In this document: piece by piece, positions 13,177 to 25,575 of the stretch
Layout: each line of letters opens with the position of its first letter
Position numbering within the stretch: the first letter of the stretch is position 1
From: Microthyrium microscopicum
Taxonomy: Eukaryota
Length of the DNA stretch: 64,000 nt
Reading direction: 5' to 3'
Assembly: GCA_010405405.1 (NCBI GenBank)
Contig: MU004231.1
Span: forward strand, 856,153-920,152
Program-made: the position numbers and the translations under genes
The notes under the pieces: generated by a model
Told to the model about the DNA's origin: nothing
What the model saw: only the letters and a program-made list of their open reading frames with translations
Databases searched by the model: none

Positions 13177-14367
13177 TCAATCAGCGATTTCCACCACCCC
13201 GTTCTTCGCCGCCGTCCCATCCACCGCGCCATTCGCACCATCCTTAAGATACAATCCATGATCATTAATATAACTTATCACCTGCCACACACACACTTTC
13301 ATTAGCCCACACATCCATCTGTACCTCTCACCCCCTGGAAAACTTACAAGTTCAGGCACTAAATAGCGAATACTCATATCCTGGCTCAAAAAGTCACGGA
13401 TCTTGGTACTGCTCACATCATTCCGTATCTGCTGATGAATCGCATGCACGCGCTCCCTCCACTCTGGCTTCAGGCGCTGCAGCGCATCGGCCATGTCTGT
13501 GCCTGCGCGCTCGATTATAAAGGCGCCGTAGTCGGTGAGGATGTGGTCGAGATCGGCGGTGCTCCAGACGCCGGGCTGGGTGAAGGTTTCGAGGAGGTCT
13601 GCGCCGCCGAGGAGGGCGATTTTGGCGGGGGTTTTGGTGGATGTTCCCGTGCCGTCGTCGATGCCGCCGAGGACTGTGTTGATTTCGTGGTTGAAGTCTG
13701 GGATATAATGTGTTAGGACTGGAGAGAAGAGGGGAGTACGATGGGGGAGATGGGATTGTAGGGGATGAATTACGGTCGAGGACTTGGGCGGTCGGTTGGT
13801 AGGCGGATTGAGAAGCTTCCCAGTTGTCGACCATTAGGAAGCGGACTTTTTGTTCTTGTGTTGAGCAGGCGAGTTCGCACATTTTGACGCGGTCTTCGGC
13901 GGGCGCGAGACCTTTTTTCTTGTAGGCGTCGCCGACTGGCGAGAGGTCTGGCAGTCTTTTCGTTAGTTATAGACCCTTGGATAAGCGGTGAAGTTGGATG
14001 GTCTTACATCCGCCCACTACGGTATAGTTTGTGTGTAATCGTGCCCAGTCCTTTGCCATCTGTACGACTTGTTAGATTGGCTCCAATGTGAGTAAGGCTG
14101 GGTAGGGGAGGGTGGTCACGCACTTCGAACATTCGGAGATGTACTATTCGCAAGGTCAGCATTGGTTTCATGCCATGTATGAGTGTAGATAGGCAACATA
14201 CGGTATGTCACTGGGGAGAAAGATCCACAAGCACATAATACAAGCGGTATTCTGCCTCGATCCTTCTCTTGTAGCCCCGTCAGTACGTCTGTCGGCAGAG
14301 AGTACCCCTTAAGCTCCGTGGTTTGCCCATGGCCGTTGGCAGTTGACGTTCCTTGCTCTTCAGACAT
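13177..14367 (-). CDS. NMA1: Nicotinamide/nicotinate mononucleotide adenylyltransferase (NMNAT), multi-exon
   Basis: Spliced motif ACGSFSPVTY-LHLRMFE, YLSPVGDAYKKKGL, R..MCELA, MVDNWEA, and NDVSSTKIR..MSIRYLVP. Includes a 20-nt microexon at 14124-14143. Confidence 0.93.
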
Positions 14368-15642
14368 GGTGTATGAAAGAATGTGATTATGGAAGAGGCT
14401 GAGTTGGTTTAGGGGGAGAATATAATGTTGTCGAAGAGAGGAGATAGGCTGCTGCGGGTACGGCCTGGATGTTTATGCAAGCAACAAGGCAGCCGATATG
14501 CGGGGTGATAAATGTCGCAAGAATAACAAAGGGTTATATATGTGTCCAGCAGTCCTTTGTTTTGTTGTGACAGGCTGCCACTCCAACAAATTGAATGAAG
14601 CAGGCTACAATTTAGCCAGCGCCAGTGTTTGGAAGAGGAAAATAGGCGGGCGAGTGGAAGGGCGTGGGGTACTACTTTTTGCGCTTGCGGGTTCGGGATG
14701 CGGAGACTGGAGTGACACCTTTGGGGCCGGTGTCTGCAACTGGCTCAATTTCGGGAGGACAGGATGAGAATGAGAATGGGCTTCTGAGGTATTGAAGGAC
14801 GATGCGGATATACTGTGTGTATATCAAGGACGAGAAGTGAGTCACGGTTGATATATCCAGGATGGGAAAAACTCCGCAGCCAGCAACTGGGTGGATAATG
14901 GTAGCGTGAGCAGATGCACCGACCAAATGAGGGAAGATCTAGTGGGCCTTTTTGTAGTCGTAAATGGAATCCTACGGCGGTAAAAATGCGAGTTATGGGC
15001 TAAGATTTAGGAGAAGGCCTAGAATACCTCCGTATGCGCTGTAAGTTGGAGTGATACAGATCTGACTCGTTCAAAATATGTACCAAATGATGCCATTACC
15101 GCTGCGTTGCTGATCTGGCTCATCGGGCCGAGCCACTTTTTCTTCATCTCAGGGTCCTTGGTGCTGTTAGATCTTGAAGTCATGTCCCATAAGATACAGC
15201 GGATTATCTTGGAGCTCGCTCTCGCCGTCGATTTACCACCTGCCTGGTAAAAGTTCGTCATAATTTTTGTGGGGTTTGCATAATTTCTTGCATTGCATCA
15301 AGTGCCCAACAGCACACAAGCATGGAATTTACGCCCGATGGCAACAGTTAGTAGCTGATACATGTCAAATCAGATACAGGAAATTATGGGATTGGCCAGA
15401 ATATTTACGAACAAACAATAATGGATCGGAAGAGCTTGTCATCTTTCGACCTGAAGTCATCTATCTCTGTATGTCTTTCATGTTTGGCTTATGTACTTCG
15501 AAGGCGTTACTGTATGTGTCCAAGGGTCTTGTGAAACACCATCAGAGGCTAGAATCGACAGCGAGCCATTCGGACGATATACGCCGAGTCTCTTGTCATC
15601 AAGTGTTATCTTGATGCTGATATCTATGTATCAGTCCGCTGC

Positions 15643-16250
15643 TCATAATCTTCCTTCCGCTTTTTCCTGTTCAAGCATTTGCAAAAATGCTATAGAAAAC
15701 CTATTCATCTGCTCGTAGCATTTCTTGAAGCCATTGTCACCGCCATAGTATGGATCCTCCACCTCCTCACCTTGGCCTCTCTTGTTCTTCTTGCCTCCGT
15801 AGTCACCAAACAGGCCTACATGGGCCAGACCAGTCTCGTCACCATCTCTCCGGTGAACTAACCGAGCTCTGATGAATTTGAGGTTGGAGACATTTTCGCG
15901 ATCCATGCCTAATATGTATTGAAAGTCTTCAAAGTCCGACTCGCTGACTTGCCGAGCGGCATGTTCGTAGTCGTCGATGCCGTTCACGTCTAAGGTAGCG
16001 GTTGTGCGGGGATCGGGATTCGAGCCTGTGTGATATGCAGCGGTGCCAGCCGAGTCTACAAAATCAATCAAAGGATGAGGAGGATCTTTTTCAGCAATGT
16101 GTCGGAATACAGCTTCAGCCATGGGGCTCCGGCCTTGCGGGAGTTAGCAATATGCTTTGATTGGCAAGGGTAGTGGGGCTCACAAATGTTGCCCAAGCAG
16201 ACAAATAGCACATTGACCTTGCCGGTGTCTGTTGTCTCTTCTTCAGTCAT
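15643..16250 (-). CDS. LTP1: Low-molecular-weight protein tyrosine phosphatase
   Basis: The P-loop VLFVCLGNIC|RSPMAE is restored across an intron. Also DSAGT..YH, ARQV, GMD..N and the EDPYYG acid loop. Confidence 0.95.
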
Positions 16251-16820
16251 TGTGTCGATAATATGTACAGATGTTATAGATACTAGGACAAAGGAAGTAG
16301 AAATACAGAGTTGGAAATACAGGGAGAAGAGTGGATCTCAAGTTCACTGCAGCACATGTCATGTAGCCTAAATAGGCAAGATCGATGCGAAGCTTGAAAG
16401 CTTGGCCTGCCCTTGAGGCCGCCTCAATGTTTGCGGAGTGGGTGAATGCATTGGAGCTGCTAGGACATGCTTGAATCGCCTGGAATATTCTACGTGGCAA
16501 GATGAGGAGAATTGATGTTTTGTCTGTTTGAATATTGAAGAGGAAGTATTCAGCCTGATGGCCATTAATGAGTACAGTGAGAGGTTGGAGAAGAGTTGCG
16601 ACTTCCTTCGGATCTGGAAAAGGACAGGGGCTGGCAGCCTGGATTGGGAAGGAGTGAGGCTGGTTCGCAAGGCAGGAACCAGGCGCAACAGCCTCAAAGA
16701 GCTGGCAATTGTTGCTTTTGCAGGCAGGAGCTCACTGAGCTTTGGCAAAAGGCGCACGGAAGGGCAAGCGCAGCCTAGCAACCAGCAGCTGGCGCTTGGA
16801 CCAAGGCTAGGTGGGCAAAA

Positions 16821-16880
16821 TTCTAGCAGATTCTAAATTTCCAGAGCCTTCTGCCTCTTCCTAGACACTTCTCTATTAAA
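16821..16880 (+). promoter_or_regulatory. Putative step/gap-type heat-shock element array plus TATA-like box upstream of HSP90
   Basis: TTC triplets at 16821, 16831, 16839, 16849, 16858 and 16869 (about 10-bp phasing), then TATTAAA at 16874, about 180 bp before the HSP90 ATG. Confidence 0.55.
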
Positions 16881-17054
16881 GAATTCAAACACCTTCAACC
16901 ACCGCTTTCATCTACATCCCTCTCCAAAAATACTCCCTTAACCATCTCGCAAAGGTGCATCTTGCTCCCAAGCTAATACTTCTATACCCATCCATCATAA
17001 CTCCTATTTACTCTCATTCCCCCCTCTTCACAAGCAAACATCACAACCGCAGTC

Positions 17055-19208
17055 ATGTCTGAATCCTTTGAGTTTCAGGCTGAGATTTCTCAGCTCTTGT
17101 CTCTCATCATCAACACTGTCTACTCTAACAAGGAAATCTTCCTAAGAGAACTCATCTCCAACGCTTCTGATGCTCTAGACAAGATTCGCTATGAGTCGCT
17201 CTCAGATCCATCCAAGTTGGACTCCAACAAGGATCTCCGCATCGACATTATCCCCGACAAGGAGAACAAGACACTCACCATCCGCGATACCGGTATGGGT
17301 ATGACCAAGGCTGTAAGTTGCACTCTCAAACCATTTTCGAGCCATGAGCTAACACGTCTCTAGGACCTCGTCAACAACCTTGGTACGATTGCCCGCTCTG
17401 GTACTAAGCAATTCATGGAGGCCCTGAGTGCTGGTGCCGATGTTTCCATGATTGGTCAATTCGGTGTCGGTTTCTACTCCGCATATCTCGTTGCCGACAA
17501 GGTCACTGTCGTCTCCAAGCACAACGACGATGAGCAATACATCTGGGAGTCGTCTGCTGGCGGTACCTTCACCGTCATTCCAGACACCGAGGGCGAGCAA
17601 CTTGGTCGTGGTACCAAGATCATCCTCCATCTCAAGGATGAGCAGACCGACTACTTAAACGAGAGCCGTATCAAGGAGGTCGTCAAGAAGCACTCCGAGT
17701 TCATCTCATACCCCATCTACCTCCATGTTCTCAAGGAGTCTGAGAAGGAGGTCCCAGATGAGGACGCCGAAGAGGTCAAGGACGAGGAAGATGACGAGAA
17801 GAAGCCAAAGGTTGAGGAAGTCGATGACGACGAAGAGGAGAAGAAACCCAAGACCAAGACTGTCAAGGAGTCGAAAATTGAGGAGGAAGAACTAAACAAG
17901 ACAAAACCAATCTGGACTCGCAATCCTCAAGATATCACTACTGAGGAGTACGGTGCCTTCTACAAGTCTCTTAGCAACGACTGGGAAGATCATCTTGCCG
18001 TGAAGCATTTCTCTGTTGAGGGTCAGCTCGAATTCCGAGCCATTCTCTTCGTCCCCAAGCGCGCTCCTTTCGATCTCTTCGAGACCAAGCGAGCAAAGAA
18101 CAACATCAAGCTCTATGTTCGCCGTGTCTTCATCACTGATGATGCCACTGATCTCATGCCCGAATGGCTTGGTTTCGTCAAGGGTGTCGTCGACTCTGAG
18201 GATCTTCCACTCAACTTGTCTCGTGAGACTCTTCAACAAAACAAAATCATGAAAGTCATCCGCAAGAATCTTGTCAAGAAGACTCTTGAGCTTTTCCAAG
18301 AGATTGCCGAGGACCGTGAGCAATTCGACAAGTTCTACACTGCTTTCAGCAAGAACTTGAAGCTCGGAATCCACGAAGACACCCAAAACCGCAACTTGCT
18401 TGCCAAGCTGCTCCGCTTCCACTCCACCAAGTCTGGTGATGACATGACATCTCTCACCGACTACATCACTCGCATGCCCGAACATCAAAAGAACATGTAC
18501 TACATTACTGGCGAGTCTCTCAAGGCCGTCAACAAGAGCCCCTTCTTGGATTCCATCAAGGAGCGAAACTTTGAGGTTCTCTTCCTCACTGACCCCATTG
18601 ATGAGTATGCCATGACTCAACTCAAGGAGTTCGAGGGTAAGAAGCTTGTTGATATCACCAAGGACTTTGAGCTCGAGGAGACCGATGAGGAGAAGAAGGC
18701 TCGTGAGGCTGAGGAGAAGGAGTACGAGGGTCTCGCCAAGGCCCTCAAGAACGTCCTTGGCGACAAGGTCGAGAAGGTTGTCGTCAGCCACATGCTCACC
18801 GGAGCTCCATGCGCCATCCGCACTGGTCAATTCGGTTGGTCTGCCAACATGGAGCGTATCATGAAGGCTCAAGCTCTACGTGATACCAGCATGAGCAGTT
18901 ACATGCAGAGCAAGAAGACTTTCGAGATCTCTCCCAAGAGCGCTATCATCAAGGAGCTCAAGGCCAAGGTTGAGGCTGATGGCGAGGAAGACAAGACCGT
19001 CAAGAGCATCACCACGCTGCTCTACGAGACCTCTCTCCTCGTCTCGGGCTTCACTATCGATGAGCCCGTTCAGTTCTCTGAGCGTATCCACAAGCTCGTC
19101 AGCTTGGGTCTCAACATCGACGAAGAGCTTGACACTGCCGATGAGAAGGCCGATGACTCAACCGCCGCTGCTGCCGAGGGTGAGAGCGCCATGGAAGAGG
19201 TCGACTAG
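17055..19208 (+). CDS. HSP90: Heat shock protein 90 (cytosolic)
   Basis: [31 protein letters not shown] and C-terminal MEEVD. Intron 17313-17363. Strong codon bias. Confidence 0.99.
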
Positions 19209-19750
19209 ATTGTTGGTTAATGCCGATGGATGAGTGATGCTTCATTTTGATATCCCAGTAGTGTTTTGTTGCCTCTTCTGTGAGGTTTTTGGTTTGCCGG
19301 CTAGTCATCGGCGTTGTTAGGAGTGTGTAAAAAAGGAAATGGGCCGTGTTTTCGGTTCTCCTGTTGCCAACACATGCACACTCAGATGACGGCTTTTCGA
19401 AAACGGGGTTTGATCGATCGATCGTGTTTAGATAGTAATCACGTTAGAAGTCATAATTCAAGCGAGTCTTTCGAAATCTCTCATATCTTTTTCCCAATAA
19501 TAGTAATGTGATTCGAGCTACGCTAACTTCGTGCTATATGCAAAGGGTATTCGCAATGAATGATAAGCCAAAAATGAAGCGCAATAGTAGTACAGCGATA
19601 GCCAAACAGAAAATGCTAATGTTGCTAATGTGTCTCCATGTCCAAACTCCCAATAGTAACCTCATTGCAGTCAGATCAGCACCCGCCTCATCTGAAAGTT
19701 CTCTTCATCATCCCTCCCTCCGTCATCCTCCGTCCACAGCCCGCAATTCG

Positions 19751-20600
19751 CTAAGTGTACTGATGATTATGCGCCATCCAAAACACCAACCGCTGTATCC
19801 GCCGATAATCATCAACAACATGCAGCGCCACTCCAGCTTCCATCTCGCGCATCGCATACTCCTGCCCCACCCACTCGTAAAACTTGATCAGCGCACCACT
19901 CGCCAGCGCGCCAAACACTCGCCCACGCATCCCTTGCCGCTGGCGCGTCCCTGGTAGCGCTGTATCACGCACTACGGAATCAGTGTGCGTTATGCGGATC
20001 AAGTAGCCGCGCAATCGAGCGTGTACTTCGCGCGGCGTTTCTACTATGGATGTGCCGTTGTCTAGAGATGTCGTGCGGCGTAGGCAGACGGCTAGGAGCG
20101 GGTGTGTGGCTGGATCGGTGGGTTGCGCGGTTGTGATGAGGTGGGTGGTGTAGATGTCGGGGATGGTCAGGAGGGATGCGAGGGTGGAGTATGAGTAATT
20201 TGGGAAGAGGTCTGCGTGGTAGGGCGGGAGGTTTGTCTCGTCGGTTATTATTTGGTGGTTGTATGAAGGTGCGATGGTGCGCGCGGGTATGGTGTTGTAC
20301 AGCGCGGATGGAAAGGCCTCGGTGAAAACAGCGGTCCACATGGAGATGGCGATTGTGTTGGTGTCGTCGGCGAGGGATGGCGCTATGAGAGCGCGCACGG
20401 TGGGAGATGCGAGATACTGTGGTGTGGCTGTTAGTTGTTGGCTGATGGTGGAAAGGATGGTGTAGAGGAAGAGTACGCACGGTGGCTTCGTATCCTTCGC
20501 GGTAGGGATATTCGGGGATGTCTTCTTCTTGTTCTTCTTCTTCTAGAGATGGGTCTTTGAACATAGTCTCAAAAAATGGGTCTGAAAGTGTTGTAGACAT
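19751..20600 (-). CDS. Hypothetical protein, 2 exons
   Basis: Acidic first exon (MSTTLSDPFF..EEEEQEEDIPEYPYREGYEAT) joins the 215-aa ORF in phase 0 via intron 20417-20480 (GTGCGT..CTAAC..CAG). No recognisable family. Confidence 0.5.
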
Positions 20601-20826
20601 TGTTGTGGAAGATAGGTTGTGGAGTGGTTTTCGTGCCAATGGCCGGAGGAGATTCTTCGAAGAAGAGCATAGTGTCTTCTTGCATTTTCGACTTGGGAGT
20701 CCTCTGCGCTGGGAGGTGACAGCCATGGAGTAAAACATATCCGTGGAGCATCGCGTGCTAGGAGTGATTACTGGCAGCGTGACTGGAGATGGCACCTCAA
20801 ATCGTACATTGCCTAATCAGGAAAGT

Positions 20827-22458
20827 TCACCTGCCTCGAAACAAATGACCTTCAGTACTGAAGATCCAGTCATCCAAGCTCATAACATTGACATCGTCAA
20901 ATATCAAGTATAGATACTTGAGAGTTTCGGCAGCCCAGAATGATTCAGTGTCATCAATTAGTTTTATACCCTCCTTCACCATGACATCCTCGATTCCGGC
21001 ATACCCAAACTCTGTCTTGCAGTACTTTTCCATAGCTTCAAATGCTTCCCAAGCCCAGTCTCGATATCGTTGCTCGCCAGTAGTCCGGAACGCATAGAAT
21101 AAAGATTCGACATACTCAGGTCGGAGTTGGAAGCGAGCATCGGCGACCCAGAAGCCAAACTTAGCAAGCTCGTTCTTTTGACGGTCTGTTTTGGGCTCGA
21201 ATGTTCCATTGTGAGATCCAGGTGATGGCAACCATGAGAACTTCTCCGGGCCAATACCTAGGGGTGAAGTTGCATAAGTATGCCTACATCCATCAAGCAA
21301 TGCTTTTCCCAGAGTGACGAGATCCTTGCGGCGCAATACTCGACCACCAAGTAGCAGATTGCCTGGCGCAAAGCAAGCCAGATGGGACATTTCATTAAGG
21401 TACCAAGGACCATTCCATTTTCCCATGTAGAGGTGAGAAGTCGCATCTTTCTGGTAGGGGGAACTCCGACTGGTGATATTGTGACGCACGGCCTCCGCGG
21501 CTTGAGTCCATCGATTACGATATACTTTAGAGTTTGGTGAACTAGGGAAGAGAAGACTAGCTTTTAGCAAGTATTCATAGTACGAATCATGACCGGCATC
21601 CCAATGTCGATTGCGACCAAGCAATTCTCCAGTCTCGACATTGATCTTGCCATCTACCAGACCGGGCAGGTCTTCCACGTATTTGTTACGCACTAGACTT
21701 GACCATGCTATGGTGGCCTTGCTACAGTATTCCGGATCTCCAGTAAGTCTGCTCAATGTACACATCTCCAGAAAGTTGGATCCTATCCGCGCGGGTCCAA
21801 CAGTGGCATCCATGGGCGAGACCTTGAAGTTACGAAAGTCGATACGCGGATACGGCAGTCCAGTCCGAGGATCAAAAGCAACAAGGAGATTGGTCGCTAA
21901 AGCTTCCGCCTGCATGAGTATGCCTTTACGTATCCTCGTGGTGAATAAACTGCTCGGTATAAGGCCATTGTCGCCAAGTTCAATTACAGACACCATTCCT
22001 CCAAGGTATCTTATCGTTGTCTCGAATGGATCGACCAGACCTTCCGGCGTCTGGAAGTTGATCTCTTTTGTTATAAAGTTGAGCTCCTCCGTCAACTCCT
22101 CCCACATGCCCATGACGGCCAACGTTGTAGTGGAATCCACAATGAAAGCACCCCATCCATTACGACTATTATTAAACTTGCCAGAGACTGGCTTAATATC
22201 ATCTTTGCCCCATGCTTTTTCACGATATCCCTTGTATGTATGTATCATCGCCTGCTTGACTTTCAGTCGCTTGTCTAAATCAGCTTTGCCCGTCTTGTTC
22301 CATCGTTCATATTGTATGGCTTGTCTCTTTGGCAGTGGTTTGCCTTGTGTACGTGCGGGTGGATGTAGCTGGGCGTAGAAGAGGTAAAATGTGACGACAA
22401 ATATGGCGCAGACAATCTTGGAGGTTGCAATGGGGTTGCTTCGACGACGGTACCTCAT
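20827..22458 (-). CDS. Glycoside hydrolase family 47 alpha-1,2-mannosidase (type II membrane protein)
   Basis: N-terminal TM. Motifs AWGKDDIKP, FETTIRYLGG, DSYYEYLLK, HLACF, LRPEYVES, ESFWAAETLKYLYL and STEGH. Confidence 0.95.
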   Translation of the reverse strand: MRYRRRSNPIATSKIVCAIFVVTFYLFYAQLHPPARTQGKPLPKRQAIQYERWNKTGKADLDKRLKVKQAMIHTYKGYREKAWGKDDIKPVSGKFNNSRNGWGAFIVDSTTTLAVMGMWEELTEELNFITKEINFQTPEGLVDPFETTIRYLGGMVSVIELGDNGLIPSSLFTTRIRKGILMQAEALATNLLVAFDPRTGLPYPRIDFRNFKVSPMDATVGPARIGSNFLEMCTLSRLTGDPEYCSKATIAWSSLVRNKYVEDLPGLVDGKINVETGELLGRNRHWDAGHDSYYEYLLKASLLFPSSPNSKVYRNRWTQAAEAVRHNITSRSSPYQKDATSHLYMGKWNGPWYLNEMSHLACFAPGNLLLGGRVLRRKDLVTLGKALLDGCRHTYATSPLGIGPEKFSWLPSPGSHNGTFEPKTDRQKNELAKFGFWVADARFQLRPEYVESLFYAFRTTGEQRYRDWAWEAFEAMEKYCKTEFGYAGIEDVMVKEGIKLIDDTESFWAAETLKYLYLIFDDVNVMSLDDWIFSTEGHLFRGR

Positions 22459-23034
22459 GATTGCTGCGAGGTGGGTTCAACGCTCAATGCAATGGATCGA
22501 CAAGAAAAAGCTCGCGACGTGCTCTCCTCATGTTGCCTTGTGGTTTTCCAGAGCGCAAGAGCTCTTGAGCAAGTAGCTTGGCTTGTATGATCGTCGGTCG
22601 AAGTGGTGGAATGGCAGGACACGTAAGCGCGCTTGACCAGAGCAGACTGGGGAATAAGCGCCTCAACTAGATCGCCTGGTGTATTGTTTGTTGAACAAAG
22701 GAGAGAAGAACTTGGTCAGAAATGTGTCCAGTAACACGGAAGAGGTAAGGATCAGGATTTCATCCCCTGATGCTTTCCACGGATTCAATAAATCTTGATG
22801 TTAAAACCAGGTCAACACTTGGTCTGAGCGTTAGGAAATATCCAACGCTCGGAACCAACTCTCACCTCCCACAACTACAAACCATTCGTTGACATCTATT
22901 CGAATTCTATCTCATACTATTGGGCTTGACTGGCCAGCTCTTTCCCTGCTGGAATTATCCCGTCCCGCTAAGTTTGGCGCATTGTCTTGTAGTCCGCACA
23001 GGACCAACAAACACCTGCATAAACTCGGCGAGCC

Positions 23035-23287
23035 ATGTTCAGGTACTGATCGTCAGTATTTTGGAATGTTTACATTTTCTAACAATTACACTAGGGCCTA
23101 CTCAAAGCTTCCAACGAACCAGAAGCTGATTCTCGGAGGCGCTTTCTTGATCTGGGGTGGGCTTGGCCTTCAAGTTCTTCCGCGCATGGAGAAGAAACTT
23201 GATCTTGAACCAGATGCAAAAGAGACAGGAAGAATGACGAAAGTCCTTCCCAGGATTGAAGTACTAGAACCATTACCCAAGAAATGA
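23035..23287 (+). CDS. Small single-TM protein (about 66 aa), probably a conserved fungal micro-protein
   Basis: An 8-nt first exon (ATGTTCAG) and intron 23043-23094 (GTACTG..TTCTAAC..TAG) give MFRAYSKLPTNQKLILGGAFLIWGGLGLQVLPRMEKKLDLEP...LPRIEV. Confidence 0.65.
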
Positions 23288-24039
23288 TTGCAATGGGAGA
23301 AAATGGGTTGAAGAGGTTGGTATGATCACTCGTCTACCGTATTGAGATGGAGTGCCAAATCGTTGTATTGCAGTGAAGAAGGAAGCCAAGGCGCTGAGAC
23401 TGTAGTTATGGTGATTCACATAACCAAGATCGCGTGTATCTTAGATTGGAAGTGCTAACATCGCATAGAATTTACGGCTCAATGTACATTAGCAGATACA
23501 TTTCATTGAAATTGAAAGAAGTAACCAAACTCGTGTATACGGCTCACAGCAGGATATCACTCTCGTCAAGCCCCGGCATCCAACCCACCTCCACTCGATA
23601 TTTCTTATCATCTTGATTTGGAAACATCGCTGCCTGTACCTTTTCAAGCGTTATGGGACAAAATGTTGAGATTTATGATATCATGGTATTGAGGCTGGGA
23701 TCCTTCGCCCGCTCAAGCTTCTGGATTAGGAATCCCCCACATCCCCATGTCTAACCATCAATCCCGTGGAGGAGCAACATCCATACATCGAGAAATACTG
23801 AACCCTCGATTTGACCACTTATAGGATAAGTATGACTCTCTTATAATTGGTACTATTATACCTTGCAGCTGCTAGGTGTGCATTGAACCAATTGGTCACG
23901 CTGAGTAAGGACTCCGCTTTTGAGCTCCAACTTCCCAGTTTGAGCATACAGAGTACAGTACTTTAGTACTTATATCTAACAACAATCCAGTTCAAACATT
24001 TTCCGATTTCGACATCTCGTCTACTATCCTCTGGTCTAT

Positions 24040-25575
24040 ATGTTCACCAACTTCAGCCGCCTAGCACCAATCCCCAGAAATATCCCAAGAATCATCCCAA
24101 AACTCACACCAACAACCAACATTCGCAAACTCACCATGTCAACTGCACCACCAGCATCCTACGACGCCATAATAATCGGCTCCGGCCAATCCGGCAACCC
24201 CCTCGCCTCCGCCTTGACTGCTGCCGGCCACTCCACCGCCCTCATCGAAGCTACCCACATTGGCGGCTGCTGTATCAACGATGGCTGTACGCCCACCAAG
24301 ACCCTCGTTGCGTCCGCTCGCGTCGCGTACCTTGCGCGCAGAGCCGCCTCTTATGGTATCACTGTTCCCACCGTTGGCGTAGATATGCCAGCAGTGCGTC
24401 AGCGGAAGCGCGATATCGTATCCAGCTGGCGTTCTGGCTCAGAAGGACGGCTGGAAAAAGCTGGCGTCAAGGTAGTTATGGGGAAGGCGCGGTTTACGGG
24501 GGAGAGGGAAATTGTTGTGGATTTGGTTGGGGGCGGCGAGGAAAGGATGGTGGGGAAGAAGGTGTTTGTCAATGTTGGGGAGCGGCCGGTTGTGCCGGAT
24601 TTGGTAGGCCTCAGCGAAGTCATGGAAAAGTCGCCTGATCGCGTGTTGGATTCGACGAGTGTGCAGGAGCTTGGAGTGGTGCCGGGGAAACTGTTGGTGT
24701 TGGGCGGTGGATATATTGGGCTTGAGTTTGGACAGCTGTTTCGAAGGCTTGGAGCGGAGGTTACGGTGGTTCAGAGAGCGGATAGGTTGGCGGTGAGAGA
24801 GGATGAGGACATTGCGGAGTGCTTGAAGGGGATTTTGGAAGAGGATGGTATTGAGGTACTTGTTGGATCGCAGGCGACGGAGATTAAGATGGCGGGTGGG
24901 GAGAAGTTGGAACTTACAGTGAAGTCAAAGGATGGGTTGGAGAAGAAGTTGGAGGGGACGCATGTCTTGCTTGCTACGGGACGAAGACCGAATACCGATA
25001 CACTGGACCTTGATAAGACCAGCGTAAAGGTCAACAAGCGAGGATATATTGAGTTCAACGACGATCTCACGACGAGTGTGGAGGGTATCTACGTTTTGGG
25101 AGACGTTAAAGGACCTCCTGCCTTTACCCACGTTTCCTACGACGACTTTCGTATTCTCAGAGACAGTCTGGGCTTGAATCCGGATGGAAAGATAGTCACA
25201 CGAACAGTCAAGTCACGAGATGGCCTCGTCCCATACTGTATGTATACGGATCCACAGCTGGGGCACGTTGGACTCCATCTGCACGAAGTTCCAGCCGGCA
25301 CGAAAGTCAAGGTTGCGAAGATGCCAATGAGCTATGTTGCCCGAGCACTAGAAACAGACGAGCCTCGTGGGATGATGAAAGCTGTAGTCGACGCAGAAAC
25401 CGGAAAGATAGTGGGATTTACTTGCCTGGGAATTGAAGGGGGCGAGTTGGTTAGTGTAGTGCAGTTGGCGATGATGGGTGGACTGCACTATCAGCAGCTC
25501 GCGGACGCGGTGTTCGCTCACCCAGCGATTGCGGAATGCTTAAATAATCTATGGGGGTATCTGGAAGACGTATGA
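24040..25575 (+). CDS. Class I pyridine nucleotide-disulfide oxidoreductase, bacterial mercuric-reductase-like/RclA-like
   Basis: FAD motif IIGSGQSG, redox disulfide GGCCINDGCTPTK, NAD(P) motif LGGGYIGLE, ATGRRPN, LGDVKG and FAHP..AE. Intronless. No C-terminal Cys-Cys pair. Confidence 0.88.
   Translation: MFTNFSRLAPIPRNIPRIIPKLTPTTNIRKLTMSTAPPASYDAIIIGSGQSGNPLASALTAAGHSTALIEATHIGGCCINDGCTPTKTLVASARVAYLARRAASYGITVPTVGVDMPAVRQRKRDIVSSWRSGSEGRLEKAGVKVVMGKARFTGEREIVVDLVGGGEERMVGKKVFVNVGERPVVPDLVGLSEVMEKSPDRVLDSTSVQELGVVPGKLLVLGGGYIGLEFGQLFRRLGAEVTVVQRADRLAVREDEDIAECLKGILEEDGIEVLVGSQATEIKMAGGEKLELTVKSKDGLEKKLEGTHVLLATGRRPNTDTLDLDKTSVKVNKRGYIEFNDDLTTSVEGIYVLGDVKGPPAFTHVSYDDFRILRDSLGLNPDGKIVTRTVKSRDGLVPYCMYTDPQLGHVGLHLHEVPAGTKVKVAKMPMSYVARALETDEPRGMMKAVVDAETGKIVGFTCLGIEGGELVSVVQLAMMGGLHYQQLADAVFAHPAIAECLNNLWGYLEDV

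Noticed and set aside
14498..15614. Short ORFs between NMNAT and LTP1
   Set aside because: No motifs and no splice model I could support.
17892..18872. 326-aa antisense ORF inside HSP90
   Set aside because: Expected shadow of the strong codon bias in a highly expressed gene; the product is not protein-like.
21611..22378. 255-aa antisense ORF within the GH47 gene
   Set aside because: Shadow frame of a well-supported gene.
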